A stretch of DNA of 64,000 nt from Perkinsela sp. CCAP 1560/9. Taxonomy: Eukaryota > Protista > Euglenozoa: Kinetoplastea. Both the position numbers and the translations under genes were made by a program. The notes beneath the pieces are model-generated. The model was not told the DNA's origin and did not search any database. It saw only the letters and a list, made by a program, of their open reading frames with translations. The stretch lies in NCBI GenBank assembly GCA_965644495.1, contig CBFFSA010000009.1, positions 496,001 through 560,000 of the forward strand. Direction: 5' to 3'. This document shows positions 34,801 through 46,031 of this stretch, one piece after another (the stretch's first letter is position 1; each line of letters starts with the position of its first letter).

Positions 34801-36528
34801 AAATATAAACCACTCTCTGGGTTAATATTCTTATACCCTCGTATTATCCCTACCAGGAATATTAAGTGTCCCAATGGTGCTTAATATTCCTACCCCCCTC
34901 CTCCCTGACAGCTACCCTGTCTTTGCTTCAGATCCACAAATTTTATCCTGAAATTTTCTTTTTTTGGATGACTTTTTCATCCCAATAGCACGCAAAACGC
35001 ACACACAAACCCTAAACAGAACAAAACTAGCACAAGATCAAAGATCGCGCCGCGAAGGAACAGGAATAAAAAAGGGGTTGATGATGACTGCCGATGAAAA
35101 CGGAATTGCGTATACTGTATGTTTTGTGCATTCACTTCAACTCATGGGGAACATTATGAGCATAGAGGATACGAGTGCTATTCTAGAGCTCGGGAAAACC
35201 TATGAAAAGTGACGAGCCCCTTGTCCAACACGTTGGTGGTTTACTTTGGATCTTGTGGAACGTGCTCTTAGTGATCCTGCATGGGAATCATTTTCCACGA
35301 AGGCAAAAATGTATGTGTGGATCGAAAAGCTGCTAGTGTATCGCGTAGTTACTGTATCGCGTAGTGTATCGCGTAGTTCCCTACTACTAGTAGGGAAACT
35401 TATCGAACGCGATGATTGCACTGTGTCATCGGCGCTTCGAATGTGGATTCGTCTAAGTGATGAAGCACCAAGGCCACTTTGCATGGTCTTGATGGATCGT
35501 CTTATGCCAACATTGAGTCCTGTGCATTTGCTTGTTGCTCTATTATCTCCTCGAGTTAATTGGAGCTGAAAAGGGTATGTCATAAGTCTTAATGAGTGAT
35601 GTAAGAAATTGGCGGCACAGTTCTCCAAAAATCCTGCTCGAGAAGTTTCGCTGGCAAACGTGACTCGCGATTTAAAACTATGGTTGAGCGGACGAGTGCA
35701 ATATTTTAATCTTTCTAACGAAGGTTCTGCAAGTGATAAAGAAAGTGAATTGTCCGTTTTCTGGGAAGATTTATCAGTTAAGGGAAAGTTTGGTCACTTA
35801 TCCATAACAGTATCCATATACTGTGAGCATACATACATGTATACTGTGTCCCCCACTGGGGTGTCCCCCATGTATAGTGCCGCGGTGTACCCCCCGACTT
35901 ACATAGTGTTGTTTTGAAAAAAAACGACGAAAACAGTTGTCCGAAAAAAAAGGACCATTTTTTTACCAAAAAGGTAGAGAATGCAAATATGGGGTAAGGC
36001 ACCAAGGCATTGGTTCGAAACGAAAGCGATACGAAACCTAATAAGATACCAATATCACCAGAATCCGGAAGGCGATTAAAGGCTTCTGCGTGGGCTTCAC
36101 GTAAGAAACTTTTCGAAAAAAGTGAAATTGCTCAGAAAATAGTTCCACAATCTGATCAAGCAACAAAATTAAATAAGATTGATGTAGCTCTGTCATCAAC
36201 TGAACAAACGAGTACTTCGTATAAAGCGGATCGATGGAACGCTGCCCGCCGCCGGGGCTATCTAATTCCATGCGGACTTCTGGATATTTTATGCAACCGA
36301 GTAATCGAGAAGTACAAATCAATACAAACGGGTACAAAAGTCGCATTGTGGAATGTGTGGCAAACACAGACACTTCTTGAGTTTGGGACTGTCCCTGAAA
36401 TCGATCCCATGATGGAATAGTACGCATGTCAGTATTACGAAGTTCACTTCGTACTTGTTCGCGTCTCTTCTAACACCCTTCTAGTCTTTGACAGTTTGAA
36501 GCAACACGCTCCTGGTGCAGTATCTCAC

Positions 36529-36551
36529 GATACAGTTTCTGTACCTTATTG
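36529..36551 (+). ncRNA. 3' 23 nt of spliced-leader (mini-exon)-like sequence
   Basis: GATACAGTTTCTGTACCTTATTG versus the kinetoplastid SL 3' end GATACAGTTTCTGTACTATATTG (recalled T. cruzi type; 21/23). Confidence 0.75.
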
Positions 36552-37043
36552 TTCATCTTTTCTTTCCCCGGCAACGGGCATAGTCTTACTGTTAATATGC
36601 CCGTTGCCGGCCGGCACTAAGGCCGAAACTGTCCCTCTTTCTCGGCGAAGTAGGGGACGCGCTTCCACCCCATCACCCCTCCCCGGCTCACTCCTTGAGT
36701 GAGTTTTCTTCCCTCCCCGGCTTTCTTCCTTTCGCGCCCTTTCCTTCCCGGGGAGCCATGCGCCATGGTGGCCTCCCTTGAGGACCACTGGGCGTGACTC
36801 TGCCTCGTCTTATCACGAGGCAGCGGTCGGTTGCAGTGCGCCCCTCCGGCTGCGTAAAGAGAGGGCGAGTTGCCTGGACCCCCTCTACCGACAGAGTCCG
36901 TGCTAAACCCCCTTGGTGCGACATCCGTCATTACGGATTGTGCCGATGATATCGGCCGTCGCATCAAGGGCTGTATCTCTGCGCCAACGAGCGCATGAAC
37001 ATCAAAGCTCCCTTTGCCACGAGGCAACGGAAACTACACGCCA
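36529..37043 (-). mobile_element. degenerate tyrosine-recombinase (TATE/VIPER-like) element end terminating in SL-exon-like sequence; truncated by a Tc1 insertion
   Basis: Minus-strand RGKG..FDVH...LSLRSRRGALQ..AA...GGH; plus-strand GATACAGTTTCTGTACCTTATTG at 36529-36551; homologous to 43718-44200. Confidence 0.55.
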
Positions 37044-37045
37044 TA

Positions 37046-38317
37046 CAGGGGGGGTCACGAAAAAGGTGGGGGGTCTAAAATTTGTACCGTGCGAGCTTTT
37101 GACCTAATTCCTTCGGCACTCAACAGATCTCGAAATTTTAAGACTACTGGCACCATTGTTGCCGCCCCTGAAGCTGATATGACGTCATGATAAAATTTTA
37201 CTGAACTTTTTACCTGAAAATTCTGCAAAAAATCGGATTTTTATCATTTTTTATCATTTTAGCCCATTAATCTATGAATAAAATACCACTTAACTCTTTC
37301 TAACACATCTTTTATGCCGAAAACACTTCGCCGCCAGAGGCGCACCCTCTCGACGCAACAAATCACTTATGAAACACGTGTAATTTGCGTCCATGAGGTA
37401 CAAAACCAGGGACGTTCGATTACAGACACTGCTGCTCTTATGAAATGCAGTGAAGCAACTGTCTCTCGATAGGTTAAACGCCACCGGGAGACAGGAGGGT
37501 TAGAACGTATAAAATACATACGTAAGAATGCGATTGATAATGAAGAGTTTCGAATAATGTTAGAATCTATTGTAGATGAAGAAAATCAACGTAGTCCCAT
37601 TGGCTGTCCATCTTGGAGGTGGGGTCACCGCCAGATCGATCAAACCAAGTACCCATGCTCTCTTTCCTCTGTGAAAAGATCACTGAAAAGGAGCGGGTAC
37701 ATAAGCAGAAAAATGAGGAAAGTTCCTCATCTCACGCCTCAGCACAAATTCGACCGCCTGGAGTTGGCAAATCGTTTGGAGAGGTTCACCCCTTTTCAAT
37801 ACGCCCGTATTCTGTGGACGAATGAAAAGAATTTTAAATGCGGGTACCACTCACGCAATATTTGGTACATTTGCAAAAGGTCAGATGAACCCCTTGAGGT
37901 ACCAAAAGATGTTGAGAAATATTTCGGAGGAAAGGGAGTTCATATTTGGATGGCGGTGAGCCTTGAATGGGGGGTTCCCAAGGTTCACTGTTTTCATGAG
38001 CTTGCGGAGAATGAGACGGTCACTAATGAAACGTTTCTCTCTGCCATGACAAAACGAAATGGTTTCTACAACTAGTTAAAGCGTAAACCAGCGGCAACAG
38101 TGATCATGGATAACGCTCCGGGCCATAATCACGCTCGCCGCGTCGGCAGAGACATGGGTATCAGCATTCCTGATTGGCCTGCCAAGTCGCCGGATTTAAA
38201 TTTAATTGAAAATTTGTAGTCTTAAAATTTCGAGATCTGTTGAGTGCCGAAGGAATTAGGTCAAAAGCTCGCACGGTACAAATTTTAGACCCCCCACTCT
38301 TTTCGTGACCCCCCCTG
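37046..38317 (+). mobile_element. Tc1-like element with ~100-bp TIRs, TA TSD and a disrupted DD32E transposase
   Basis: TA-CAGGGGGGGTCACGAAAA...AGACTAC and its inverse; WTNEKNF, MDNAPGH, WPAKSPDLNLIENL, with internal stops. Confidence 0.92.
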
Positions 38318-38399
38318 TATACTGTCAGGCTGTAGCGTTGCTCTAGCGCAAGGGCGATATACATGTACGTGCCGGCACGATCTAGTCCTAACACAATTA

Positions 38400-38830
38400 C
38401 GCAAGTTCGTAGCGGAATCCCCTCACGCCTTTACGCATCATTTCGACCTACGCGGAAATGCTCACACACGGAAGAAGCTATGGATGCTGCGCAGAGCCGC
38501 AAAAGACAAAAATATTGCAACATTCTACATCGCCGACGTCAGGTGCATCCTAACTGTTATCTGATCGTGATTGAAATCGGCGCTCGCGGTCTCCCAAACC
38601 CATTCAGCCGGGACCTCTACCACCTTTATAATGGTGATAAATCACTCGCTTTCTCCTGTCTCGAAAATATGATACAAAAAGCAGTGAGAGGAAGTTTTAT
38701 GATTCGGATAAAAAGGGCGTCAAATGCTTGGGAAGAAACAACGTAATTCGGTTCAACAGGATATGGCTTGCACGTGCTTTCCGAAGAAAACCATATCCCT
38801 TAATCTCTACAGGTAATCGCCCTGTATGAA
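38400..38830 (+). pseudogene. RLE retrotransposon 3' relic with putative 3' UTR hairpin
   Basis: SRKRQKY...IEIGARG...GSFMIRIKR...W; followed by TACAGG-N7-CCTGTA. Confidence 0.7.
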
Positions 38831-38923
38831 ATCATATATTGACCACAGGTCACATGTTGATTGCGTGCAACAAGCTACTGGAGACGACTGTGCATTGCAC
38901 ATCGTAAATAACTTATAAATTTT

Positions 38924-39340
38924 ATTGCGGTGGTTGTATAACTACCGCTCTACCCTCGATTATTGCAAAAAAAGTGAATAAAAACAGTGAAAATATAAAG
39001 AGAAACACAGTAATATAATAGAAGAAAAAAATATAAAAGGGGGCTCCGGTGGTCCAAAAAAGAAGAAAAAAATTGAAAAAAAGGACCCCTAGGGGGGGTC
39101 CATGGGGGGGTCACCCCAAAAATTTGGGGTGACCAAAAAAAAAAATTGACCCAAAAAAAAGTAAAAATATTACTTTTCCAAAATCGTGTCCTAAAACGTA
39201 TTTTAAGAGTTTTAGACCTCAGCTACCTTTCTACAACGTTTTTTTCGGCAAATTCGTTTCCTAAGCCTACTGGTCAGGCATCAAAAGCGGCCCAAATTTG
39301 GGTTAAAATTTCGCAATTTTTGCCGAAAAATCGCGCTTTT
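38924..39340. repeat. dispersed AT-rich repeat with G-run block
   Basis: Homologous to 58548-58760; related segments at 23160-23290 and 58960-59090. Confidence 0.7.
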
Positions 39341-39391
39341 TCACGGAGAAAAATAGATTATTGATGATCTTTTGGCGATTTTTTGTTTTTA

Positions 39392-39486
39392 GGCTCTTCG
39401 TTAAACGCGGTGGTAGTTTTCAACGCGAAGCGCGCAGCATGAGTGACTTCTAAGTTTAAAACAACCACCACGTTTAACGAAGAGCC
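39392..39486. mobile_element. 95-bp palindromic MITE (copy 1 of 3)
   Basis: GGCTCTTCGTTAAACGCGGTGGTAGTTTTCAAC...GCC; copies at 59334-59428 and 63094-63188; all flanked by TTTA/TAAA. Confidence 0.85.
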
Positions 39487-39804
39487 TAAAAAAGAAATAT
39501 TAACCTCTTGCCCAGTGATACTCCGGTCATTAGTCGGAAAACTGCAACGGAATCTTGGTATCCATAGGATTGATATGTTATAAACTATTAAACTTTAGAG
39601 CCCGAAGAGTTCGGCTCGAGGGCACGACCGTTCAGCAGAAAAATTATGATAAGGTCTAATTTATATTATTAGATTTATGTTATTAGGTCGCATATCATGA
39701 TAAGGCCCTTCAAATTTGTTTTGTTGATTAACTTATGTAGAAGAGCAATGCATGTTACTTTGAATGCAAGTATCGGTTCGGGCCTACAGTATGTACGTTT
39801 TTTT

Positions 39805-40255
39805 GTCTTGCCCAACGGTACAATGCGTGTGCGGGATCTCTTTCCCAAATAAAGAATTCGTAGTCCACGCTCTGGACTGTAAACGGGTAAAATTTTACCC
39901 GTTTTCCTTTTACTAAAAGGAAGTACACGGGTATCCCGCCATAAATTGGTTAAGGATGGCTTCCGTCACCTCCTACCCCAGTACAAACACAACCCAGATC
40001 TCAACGAACTCCGATTTGATAATAAAAAGGGTGCGGATGTGTGCTTCCAAATCGGGTCCGGCCTTGCCCTGGTGGATGTCACGGTCATTAACCCCCTTGC
40101 ATCGTCTTACGTCTCCGGGGAGGCGGGATCCCCCGGCTTCTCTTTAGGCCTGGAGGAGGGCAAGAAGACTTCAACCCAGGCCACACAAGCAGCGGTGAGA
40201 AATAAGGACTTTTACGCCCTGGCGTTTATAACTTTCGGGGCTCCAGAGAACGATC
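39805..40255 (+). pseudogene. CRE/SLACS-type RLE domain relic
   Basis: HALDC...VSRH.LVK...GADV......LVDVTVINPLASSY...FYALAFITFG. Confidence 0.6.
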
Positions 40256-40665
40256 ACCCCCCCCCCCCCCGTAACATGGATTAGACCATTCTACCCAAAA
40301 CGGATTGGATTTTTTTGTTAGCCTTTTTTACGATTTTCGGTTACTTTTGCAAAATACTTTGCCCCAAATATCACCATTTTGTAAGCAAAAAAATACCTGA
40401 TTAGTAGAAACGGGCTCTAAGTAGCGTAGACACGACATTCAGAACGAGATCTCTCGTTTGCGACAAAAATCAGCGCAAACGGCCTCTTGATATCTATAAA
40501 ATGCGAAGCTAGTCAGTTTTCGTGGTCCCCCCTGTATGGTAGTACAGGACTTGAAGCTCATGTACACGGACTTAAAAAATTAATACTGTAAACTAGTACG
40601 CGGCATTTAAAACTAGTCACATTCGAGGAAATAATTAGGACGCGCAAACTCAGTTGCAACGCACT

Positions 40666-41436
40666 CTACCTACAAAAGCTAAAGCGGCCCGCTTGTTTCA
40701 CCTCATGTTCGCCATCCATACGACACAGTAAATCTGGATTAAAGGACAAATCGACAGTTCTAACAGAAGGCGGCAACTGTGTGATGTCAGCAATACCAGA
40801 AAAACGGTTTCTACACAATCCCAAGTGGCGCAAAGATGCCGGAAGAGCTGTAAGATCAGGTGTTCCGGAGAGACGATTGCGCGCAAGAGAAAGCTTTTGC
40901 AATTGGTGAGGCAGACTTGTCAGGCAAACTTCGCCTGAAAACTCGTTGTCGTACAGCAGAACGGATATCATACCTTGTGGAAGAACAGTTAAGTCGAGTT
41001 CACCGTCAAATTTATTCCATCCAATGCTAAAGATTTTATGACCTGAAGGAAGATCACCTAGGAAGTTGCGTCCTTCCAGTGTATTATCTATGCCGGTAAA
41101 TACCAACACAGTTTCTGGAAGATGCTGCATACGTAGCAAGCCGTATAATTGTAGTTGATCCCAGTGAATCTCTGTAATCAGGCCTTCGTCGTTACACTTT
41201 GCACCTAACCACTCGCAAGAGGGAGTTTTGGTATTCCAGGATTTGGGCAAATTGCCTAACTCTCGGACCAGTCGGGCCAGTTGATATTCTCCCGGTAGGG
41301 TAGCGTGACTTACCTTTCCAGTGCGCACGACTGATCCTTTACACGGACTTCCGGATGTACTTGAATCGACAGGGTTAATTTTACGTCTCTTAGACGAACG
41401 TTCAGCTGGGTCGTGAAGAAATGCCAGAAGAATCAT
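40666..41436 (-). CDS. LRR protein
   Basis: SSKRRK, RTGKV..LPGEYQLAR, CEWLGAKC cap, LRRs. Confidence 0.9.
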   Translation of the reverse strand: MILLAFLHDPAERSSKRRKINPVDSSTSGSPCKGSVVRTGKVSHATLPGEYQLARLVRELGNLPKSWNTKTPSCEWLGAKCNDEGLITEIHWDQLQLYGLLRMQHLPETVLVFTGIDNTLEGRNFLGDLPSGHKIFSIGWNKFDGELDLTVLPQGMISVLLYDNEFSGEVCLTSLPHQLQKLSLARNRLSGTPDLTALPASLRHLGLCRNRFSGIADITQLPPSVRTVDLSFNPDLLCRMDGEHEVKQAGRFSFCR

Positions 41437-41616
41437 AAAGGAAAAAATACGGGAATCATAATGATCAAAATGGTTGTTCTAAAAAAGAAACGAAGTCCTT
41501 CAATGTCATAACAAAAGAACAGGTGTCATGGGTATGCAAAATACAGAAGGAAACAATTTGTTTAAAAAAACGTTTCAACTTATAGTCCAATTCGCACTCG
41601 CTATTTATCCTCCACC

Positions 41617-42543
41617 TTATTCCACTCTGTGCATCACAACACCTTTTCCTCCCCTCGATCCCCGCAAGATCTGCACCGCACTCCAAACCCCCGCAAACCG
41701 AAACGTCAGCAAACCCGCACAAACCACCGCATAGGAAAGCTGCCAAAACCACAGATACGGCACCGCACCCCCCTCCTTCCCCACCTTCATCACCTCCCAC
41801 AGCAACCCCACACAATTCAAATTCGACAACGTCACAAACACCACCTGCAGGGCGGCAAATTTACGCACGGGAAACAAAATCGCGAGGTTATAAAACAACG
41901 AACTCACCTCCACCCCCACGCCCACATAAAACACCCTCTCCTTTAGAAACGGAACCCCCAGACACCACCCACAGGCGTAGCTGGTCATCGCGTGGTGGAC
42001 CAGCAGCGTCCAGTGGTTCCGGTTCCCATAGACCCAGTGATCCTTGAGCATGGCCCCCGCCACGGAACACACCGCATGTAAGTGGTAGAGCGCAGCCACA
42101 GCGCCCATCCCGGGGGAAGAGCCCAGGCTGCTGAGTAATCCTATTGAACTACTACTCCCACCACTACTACTACTACCATTATAATCATAACTACAATGGC
42201 TACTGTTGTATAGATTACATAAATCATACCTACTATTATGATGACTATTGACTAGATGTATATTCATATTATCATACCTACTGTAATAATAATACCCGTA
42301 GGTGAGTGCGGGTAGGATGAGTACCTGCTGGAGCAGGCTGCTGTGGTACGACCACAGGGGGTAGCCGTCGATGAGCCTGCCGGAGCCGGGGAGTCGCTGG
42401 AGCTTGTACCCCAGGGAGGTGTGCAGGAGGGCCCAGGCCAGGGTGAGGAGGGTGGGGTGGGGGCCGGTGAGGGCGTGGAGGAGGGCGAGGGAGAGGAGGG
42501 GGCAGAGGAGGCAGTTGAGGAGGGGGGAGAGGGTGGGGGACAT
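41617..42543 (-). CDS. multi-pass membrane protein, TLC (TRAM/LAG1/CLN8)-like
   Basis: Several TM segments; LVHH and EVSSLFYN motifs. Confidence 0.7.
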   Translation of the reverse strand: MSPTLSPLLNCLLCPLLSLALLHALTGPHPTLLTLAWALLHTSLGYKLQRLPGSGRLIDGYPLWSYHSSLLQQVLILPALTYGYYYYSRYDNMNIHLVNSHHNSRYDLCNLYNSSHCSYDYNGSSSSGGSSSSIGLLSSLGSSPGMGAVAALYHLHAVCSVAGAMLKDHWVYGNRNHWTLLVHHAMTSYACGWCLGVPFLKERVFYVGVGVEVSSLFYNLAILFPVRKFAALQVVFVTLSNLNCVGLLWEVMKVGKEGGAVPYLWFWQLSYAVVCAGLLTFRFAGVWSAVQILRGSRGGKGVVMHRVE

Positions 42544-42880
42544 GGGGGGAGGGGGAAAGATGGTGTGAATGTGGGGATAAGAGGTTGAAAATGGGAAAAA
42601 ATATTTTTTTTCTTTTTTAATTTTTTTTTGTTTTGAAAAAATGTAGTAAAATGGGAAATAGGTTGAAGAGGGTCATGATAGAGGAGAAATTTGGATACAC
42701 AGCTTTGCCTCTGGTTGGTTAGAGGTGTAGAAAAAGAGAGTTGTTTGTGATTTATTTACAAAAGTTCATGATAAAGAGTTAGAATACACAATGGGTGGCA
42801 GCGTGGCAAACACGGTAACGGAGTGTTTTAGGAACGGTTGTGTCAGGAGAAATTCAAAGAAACCGCGAGGAAGATCCATT

Positions 42881-43483
42881 CTATACGATTTCGACCTTTG
42901 CTTGGTGCTTCTCGAATAATCCTTTCAATTTCTCTGCCTCCTCTTTGCCTAATTTCTTCGCCACAATCCCAGACTTTTCAATGGTTTGCTTCGCATCCAT
43001 CAGTCCGAGCTGCGTTACGGAGCGCAGTTCCTTGATAAGCTGTACCTTACTGGTGGGAGGATAGGAAACCAGCTTTACGTCAAAGGAGGTCTGCTCCTTC
43101 TTCGGGGCCTCTTCAGCCGGTTCCGCTTCCTGGGTCGGTTTGGCAGCCGGAGCCGCTGCGGCGGCCGCCATGACCACCGGAGTACCTCCTCCCCCGCCCA
43201 TGGACTGCAAAAGTGCCTTCTCGTAAAACTCTGGAGTATAACCCAATTCAACAAAAATTTGACGTTGCAGGGAAGTGAATTCTTTTAAAGAGAGCTTTGA
43301 GTAAGCCTGTGCAAGCTCGACAATTTTCGGTGACGGGAGTTCCGCGTTCTTCGGGGAGAGTGCCGATGAGGGGGAAGCAGTACAGGTACAGTAGTGTCGG
43401 TGAGGTACACGATAGTCGAAAATGGAAAAAGAAGGGCGATGGAATACGCGTTGCCTCCGATCCAGTTTCCGAAAAGGATACAT
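42881..43483 (-). CDS. mitochondrial ribosomal protein bL12m (L7/L12)
   Basis: Presequence; Ala-rich hinge; EQTSFDVKL...KVQLIKELRSVTQLGLMDAK...KEEAEKLK. Confidence 0.92.
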   Translation of the reverse strand: MYPFRKLDRRQRVFHRPSFSIFDYRVPHRHYCTCTASPSSALSPKNAELPSPKIVELAQAYSKLSLKEFTSLQRQIFVELGYTPEFYEKALLQSMGGGGGTPVVMAAAAAAPAAKPTQEAEPAEEAPKKEQTSFDVKLVSYPPTSKVQLIKELRSVTQLGLMDAKQTIEKSGIVAKKLGKEEAEKLKGLFEKHQAKVEIV

Positions 43484-43717
43484 TTGATGAGCAAAAGTAA
43501 CTTTAATTTAGTTAAACTTTGATTATGAAAGTTTATAAACGTAGGAAAACTACAGTAGAGGATACGACTACTACAGTAACATAAATAAACAAAATTTTGC
43601 CCATGCAAGCTTGGGGAATGCAAGTAATATCAGAACAAAGTATGGCGCGAATTGAGTGAAACAGTTGGTGATCATTTTACGCAGAGAAGTGGGAAGACAT
43701 GAGTGAGATGTCATACA

Positions 43718-44520
43718 GATACAGTTTCTGTACCTTGGTACAGACTTGCTAGCCCTTCTTTTCTTATGCTAGAAACAGGCATACATTTTCTCTTTCATGC
43801 CCGTTTCCCGTTGACGGCTAGTGGGAACTGTCCCTCTTTGTCGTGGAAGTAGGGGACGTATTTTTGACTCTTCATCCGTCCCCAGCTCACTCCTTGAGTG
43901 AGTTTTCTTCCCTTCCCGACCCTCTGTGTCTCGCGCTTTCCGGGGAGCCATGCACGATGATGGCCTCCCCGGAAGAACATTGGGCGTCGTTTTGTCTTGT
44001 CTTACACCGAAGCAGCGGTCGTTTGCAGTGCACCCCTACTGCTGCGTAAAGAGAGACGAGTTGGATCCCTGTACCGACAGAGTCCGTGCTAAACCCTCGT
44101 TAGCGACATTCGCTGTGGACGGATTATGTGCCAACCATATCGGGTGTTGTAGTAAGGATATTGTCTCTGCACAATAACAGGCGCATGATTATCAAGCCAG
44201 GACCCTCACTGACGATCGGGGGTGCGAGATCCGAACGCCTCTACCAGTTTCCGCTTGTTCAAGGAGGCAACGACGTGTTTAACGACCACGCCGGGTACGG
44301 GAGCTGATGCCCTGCGGGAGGTTCCGGGTCGGTCCTCCAGACCTCAGACCTGCTCGGTGGACCTGTGAAACTGGCGCACACGAAACTTGAACTCACAAAA
44401 ATACGCTGCTCCTGTTCTTTGAGCAGGAGCCCGGGGAAGCTTGTATCACACAACCCGCCAGCTAATCTCCTTTTCTCAGGCAGCAAGAGCTCGACGAGCG
44501 GGTGTCGAGAATCAATGGTG
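43718..44520 (-). mobile_element. second copy of the SL-tagged YR-like element relic
   Basis: Starts GATACAGTTTCTGTACCTTG|GTACAGA; ~470 bp homologous to 36529-37020; continues into the 2985/32430 repeat. Confidence 0.55.
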
Positions 44521-44879
44521 CACAGGGCATTACGCGGTAATTACATCATTTTTCAAAACCGTGATTTCCCTGCTTGGAACGCGAATGACGCTGCGGTAGG
44601 TGATGGGGAATAATAGTTGTCGGAAAGCTCGTATTGTGCTCGTCTTATAAAGCATAATTTTCCGACACAACTTAAATCTCTGCACTATAAGTACATGAAC
44701 AATAAACTTCAGATTCGAAGTCGGGTGCCTCCACATGTCTCTGACTTCCCACATTGCTCTGTCCTCAAAAAAAATTGTGATGTACGATGTCACGGGGGTC
44801 TCAAAATAAATTCTGGAACAAATGGCTGAAAAGATGTCCTCTTGATCCTCATCATTCCCTACACTAGTGAACACGAAAG

Positions 44880-44956
44880 GCGGCCACTACCCAAGTGGCT
44901 ATTTTATAACTTGAAATCAGGTGTGTTCTCACGCGCAGGTTCGAACCGCCACCGGA
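44880..44956 (+). pseudogene. decayed tRNA-Ser(UGA)-like sequence
   Basis: ACCCAAGTGG D-arm part, CTTGAAA anticodon loop, long variable arm GTGTGTTCTCACGC, GCAGGTTCGAACC; stems broken. Confidence 0.55.
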
Positions 44957-45197
44957 GGCAAAATCAGACAGAATACTAACGACCCACTCGGCGTAAAGAA
45001 ATCGCATGCCAGATCTCGCAAACACCCACAGTTCCTGAATTGTGACAGGTGTTAATGCTTTCCACTCCGCAATTAAACACTGTACTGTTAAACTTTAATA
45101 GGCTACGGGGGGAAATGAGAAAAAAGCGTCTAGAAAACAATATAGAGGAACATCACACGTCTACATACAGTACGTACAGTACTACATTCGTCATTTA

Positions 45198-46031
45198 TTA
45201 ACACTTACGTGCATTGGGACTCGAATAGTCAGATTTTTTCAAAAAGAACTTTTTTAAATCCAATTGTCGCACGGCTCCAGTGTGTTTGTTAGGTGTTTGG
45301 ACAGGCGGTGTTGGACTTTTGTTCTCCGTAGAATGCACTGAAGGAACTGGAGAAGATAAAATACATGGTGGAGATATCGTAGGCTTTTCGTTCGAACACT
45401 GCGCGACCGATTGAACAGGTTCGCTGTCGTTCAAAGCACGTTTTGTACAATCGGGCGAATTCATATCAGGGTCTTTTACGAGGGATGCAGAAACAATTGC
45501 AGACTCGTTTCCGACGCTGGTATTCAAGTCCGACACCTTGTCCACATTCTTTAACAAAGCCTCCTCCCGAATCTCCATACTCTGATTATCCGCTGAATCT
45601 GTGTATACATAAGATTCTAAAACAACCAACCCATTCTGACCTTTGACAAATTGTTTCGGACTTTTGGTAAGTTTCGATTCTTCTCGATTCATTTTGCTGA
45701 TCGGTGTGTTGCGCTCGTTATCATTTGTACGTTGCGACTTTGCAGTAGACTTCGTCTCAGCACTCAACCCGTCACGAGGCTTCGCTTCCTTCCCCTCATG
45801 AGGTGATTTGAGAGACGGGTGGACACATTGTGTTTTCGAAAGCATCAGTGTGGGTTGGGTCGGTACGTGACTGGCCTTCTCTGTGGCCAAATCTGCTTTC
45901 GATGGTTCAGTAGACGGACCATCATCCTGTCTTGTTAGAACATTAATGTTCTCCCTCTCACTGGAGAGAAACTCATCGCCGGAGTCGTCGTCCGTAATAA
46001 TTCTTTTGACACCTGCTCGAGCTTGTGTCAT
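45198..46031 (-). CDS. disordered protein with C-terminal PIP box, POLD3/Pol32/Cdc27-like
   Basis: QLDLKKFF matches Qxx[LIM]xxFF; KRIITDDDSGDE and KQFVKGQNGLVVLE resemble POLD3 motifs. Confidence 0.55.
   Translation of the reverse strand: MTQARAGVKRIITDDDSGDEFLSSERENINVLTRQDDGPSTEPSKADLATEKASHVPTQPTLMLSKTQCVHPSLKSPHEGKEAKPRDGLSAETKSTAKSQRTNDNERNTPISKMNREESKLTKSPKQFVKGQNGLVVLESYVYTDSADNQSMEIREEALLKNVDKVSDLNTSVGNESAIVSASLVKDPDMNSPDCTKRALNDSEPVQSVAQCSNEKPTISPPCILSSPVPSVHSTENKSPTPPVQTPNKHTGAVRQLDLKKFFLKKSDYSSPNARKC

Noticed and set aside
42140-42300. AT-rich insert as an intron (also 20120-20190)
   Set aside because: The reading frame stays open and I saw no convincing splice boundaries; more likely low-complexity coding expansions.
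44880-44956. Functional tRNA-Ser
   Set aside because: Acceptor, D and T stems do not pair; kept only as a pseudogene.
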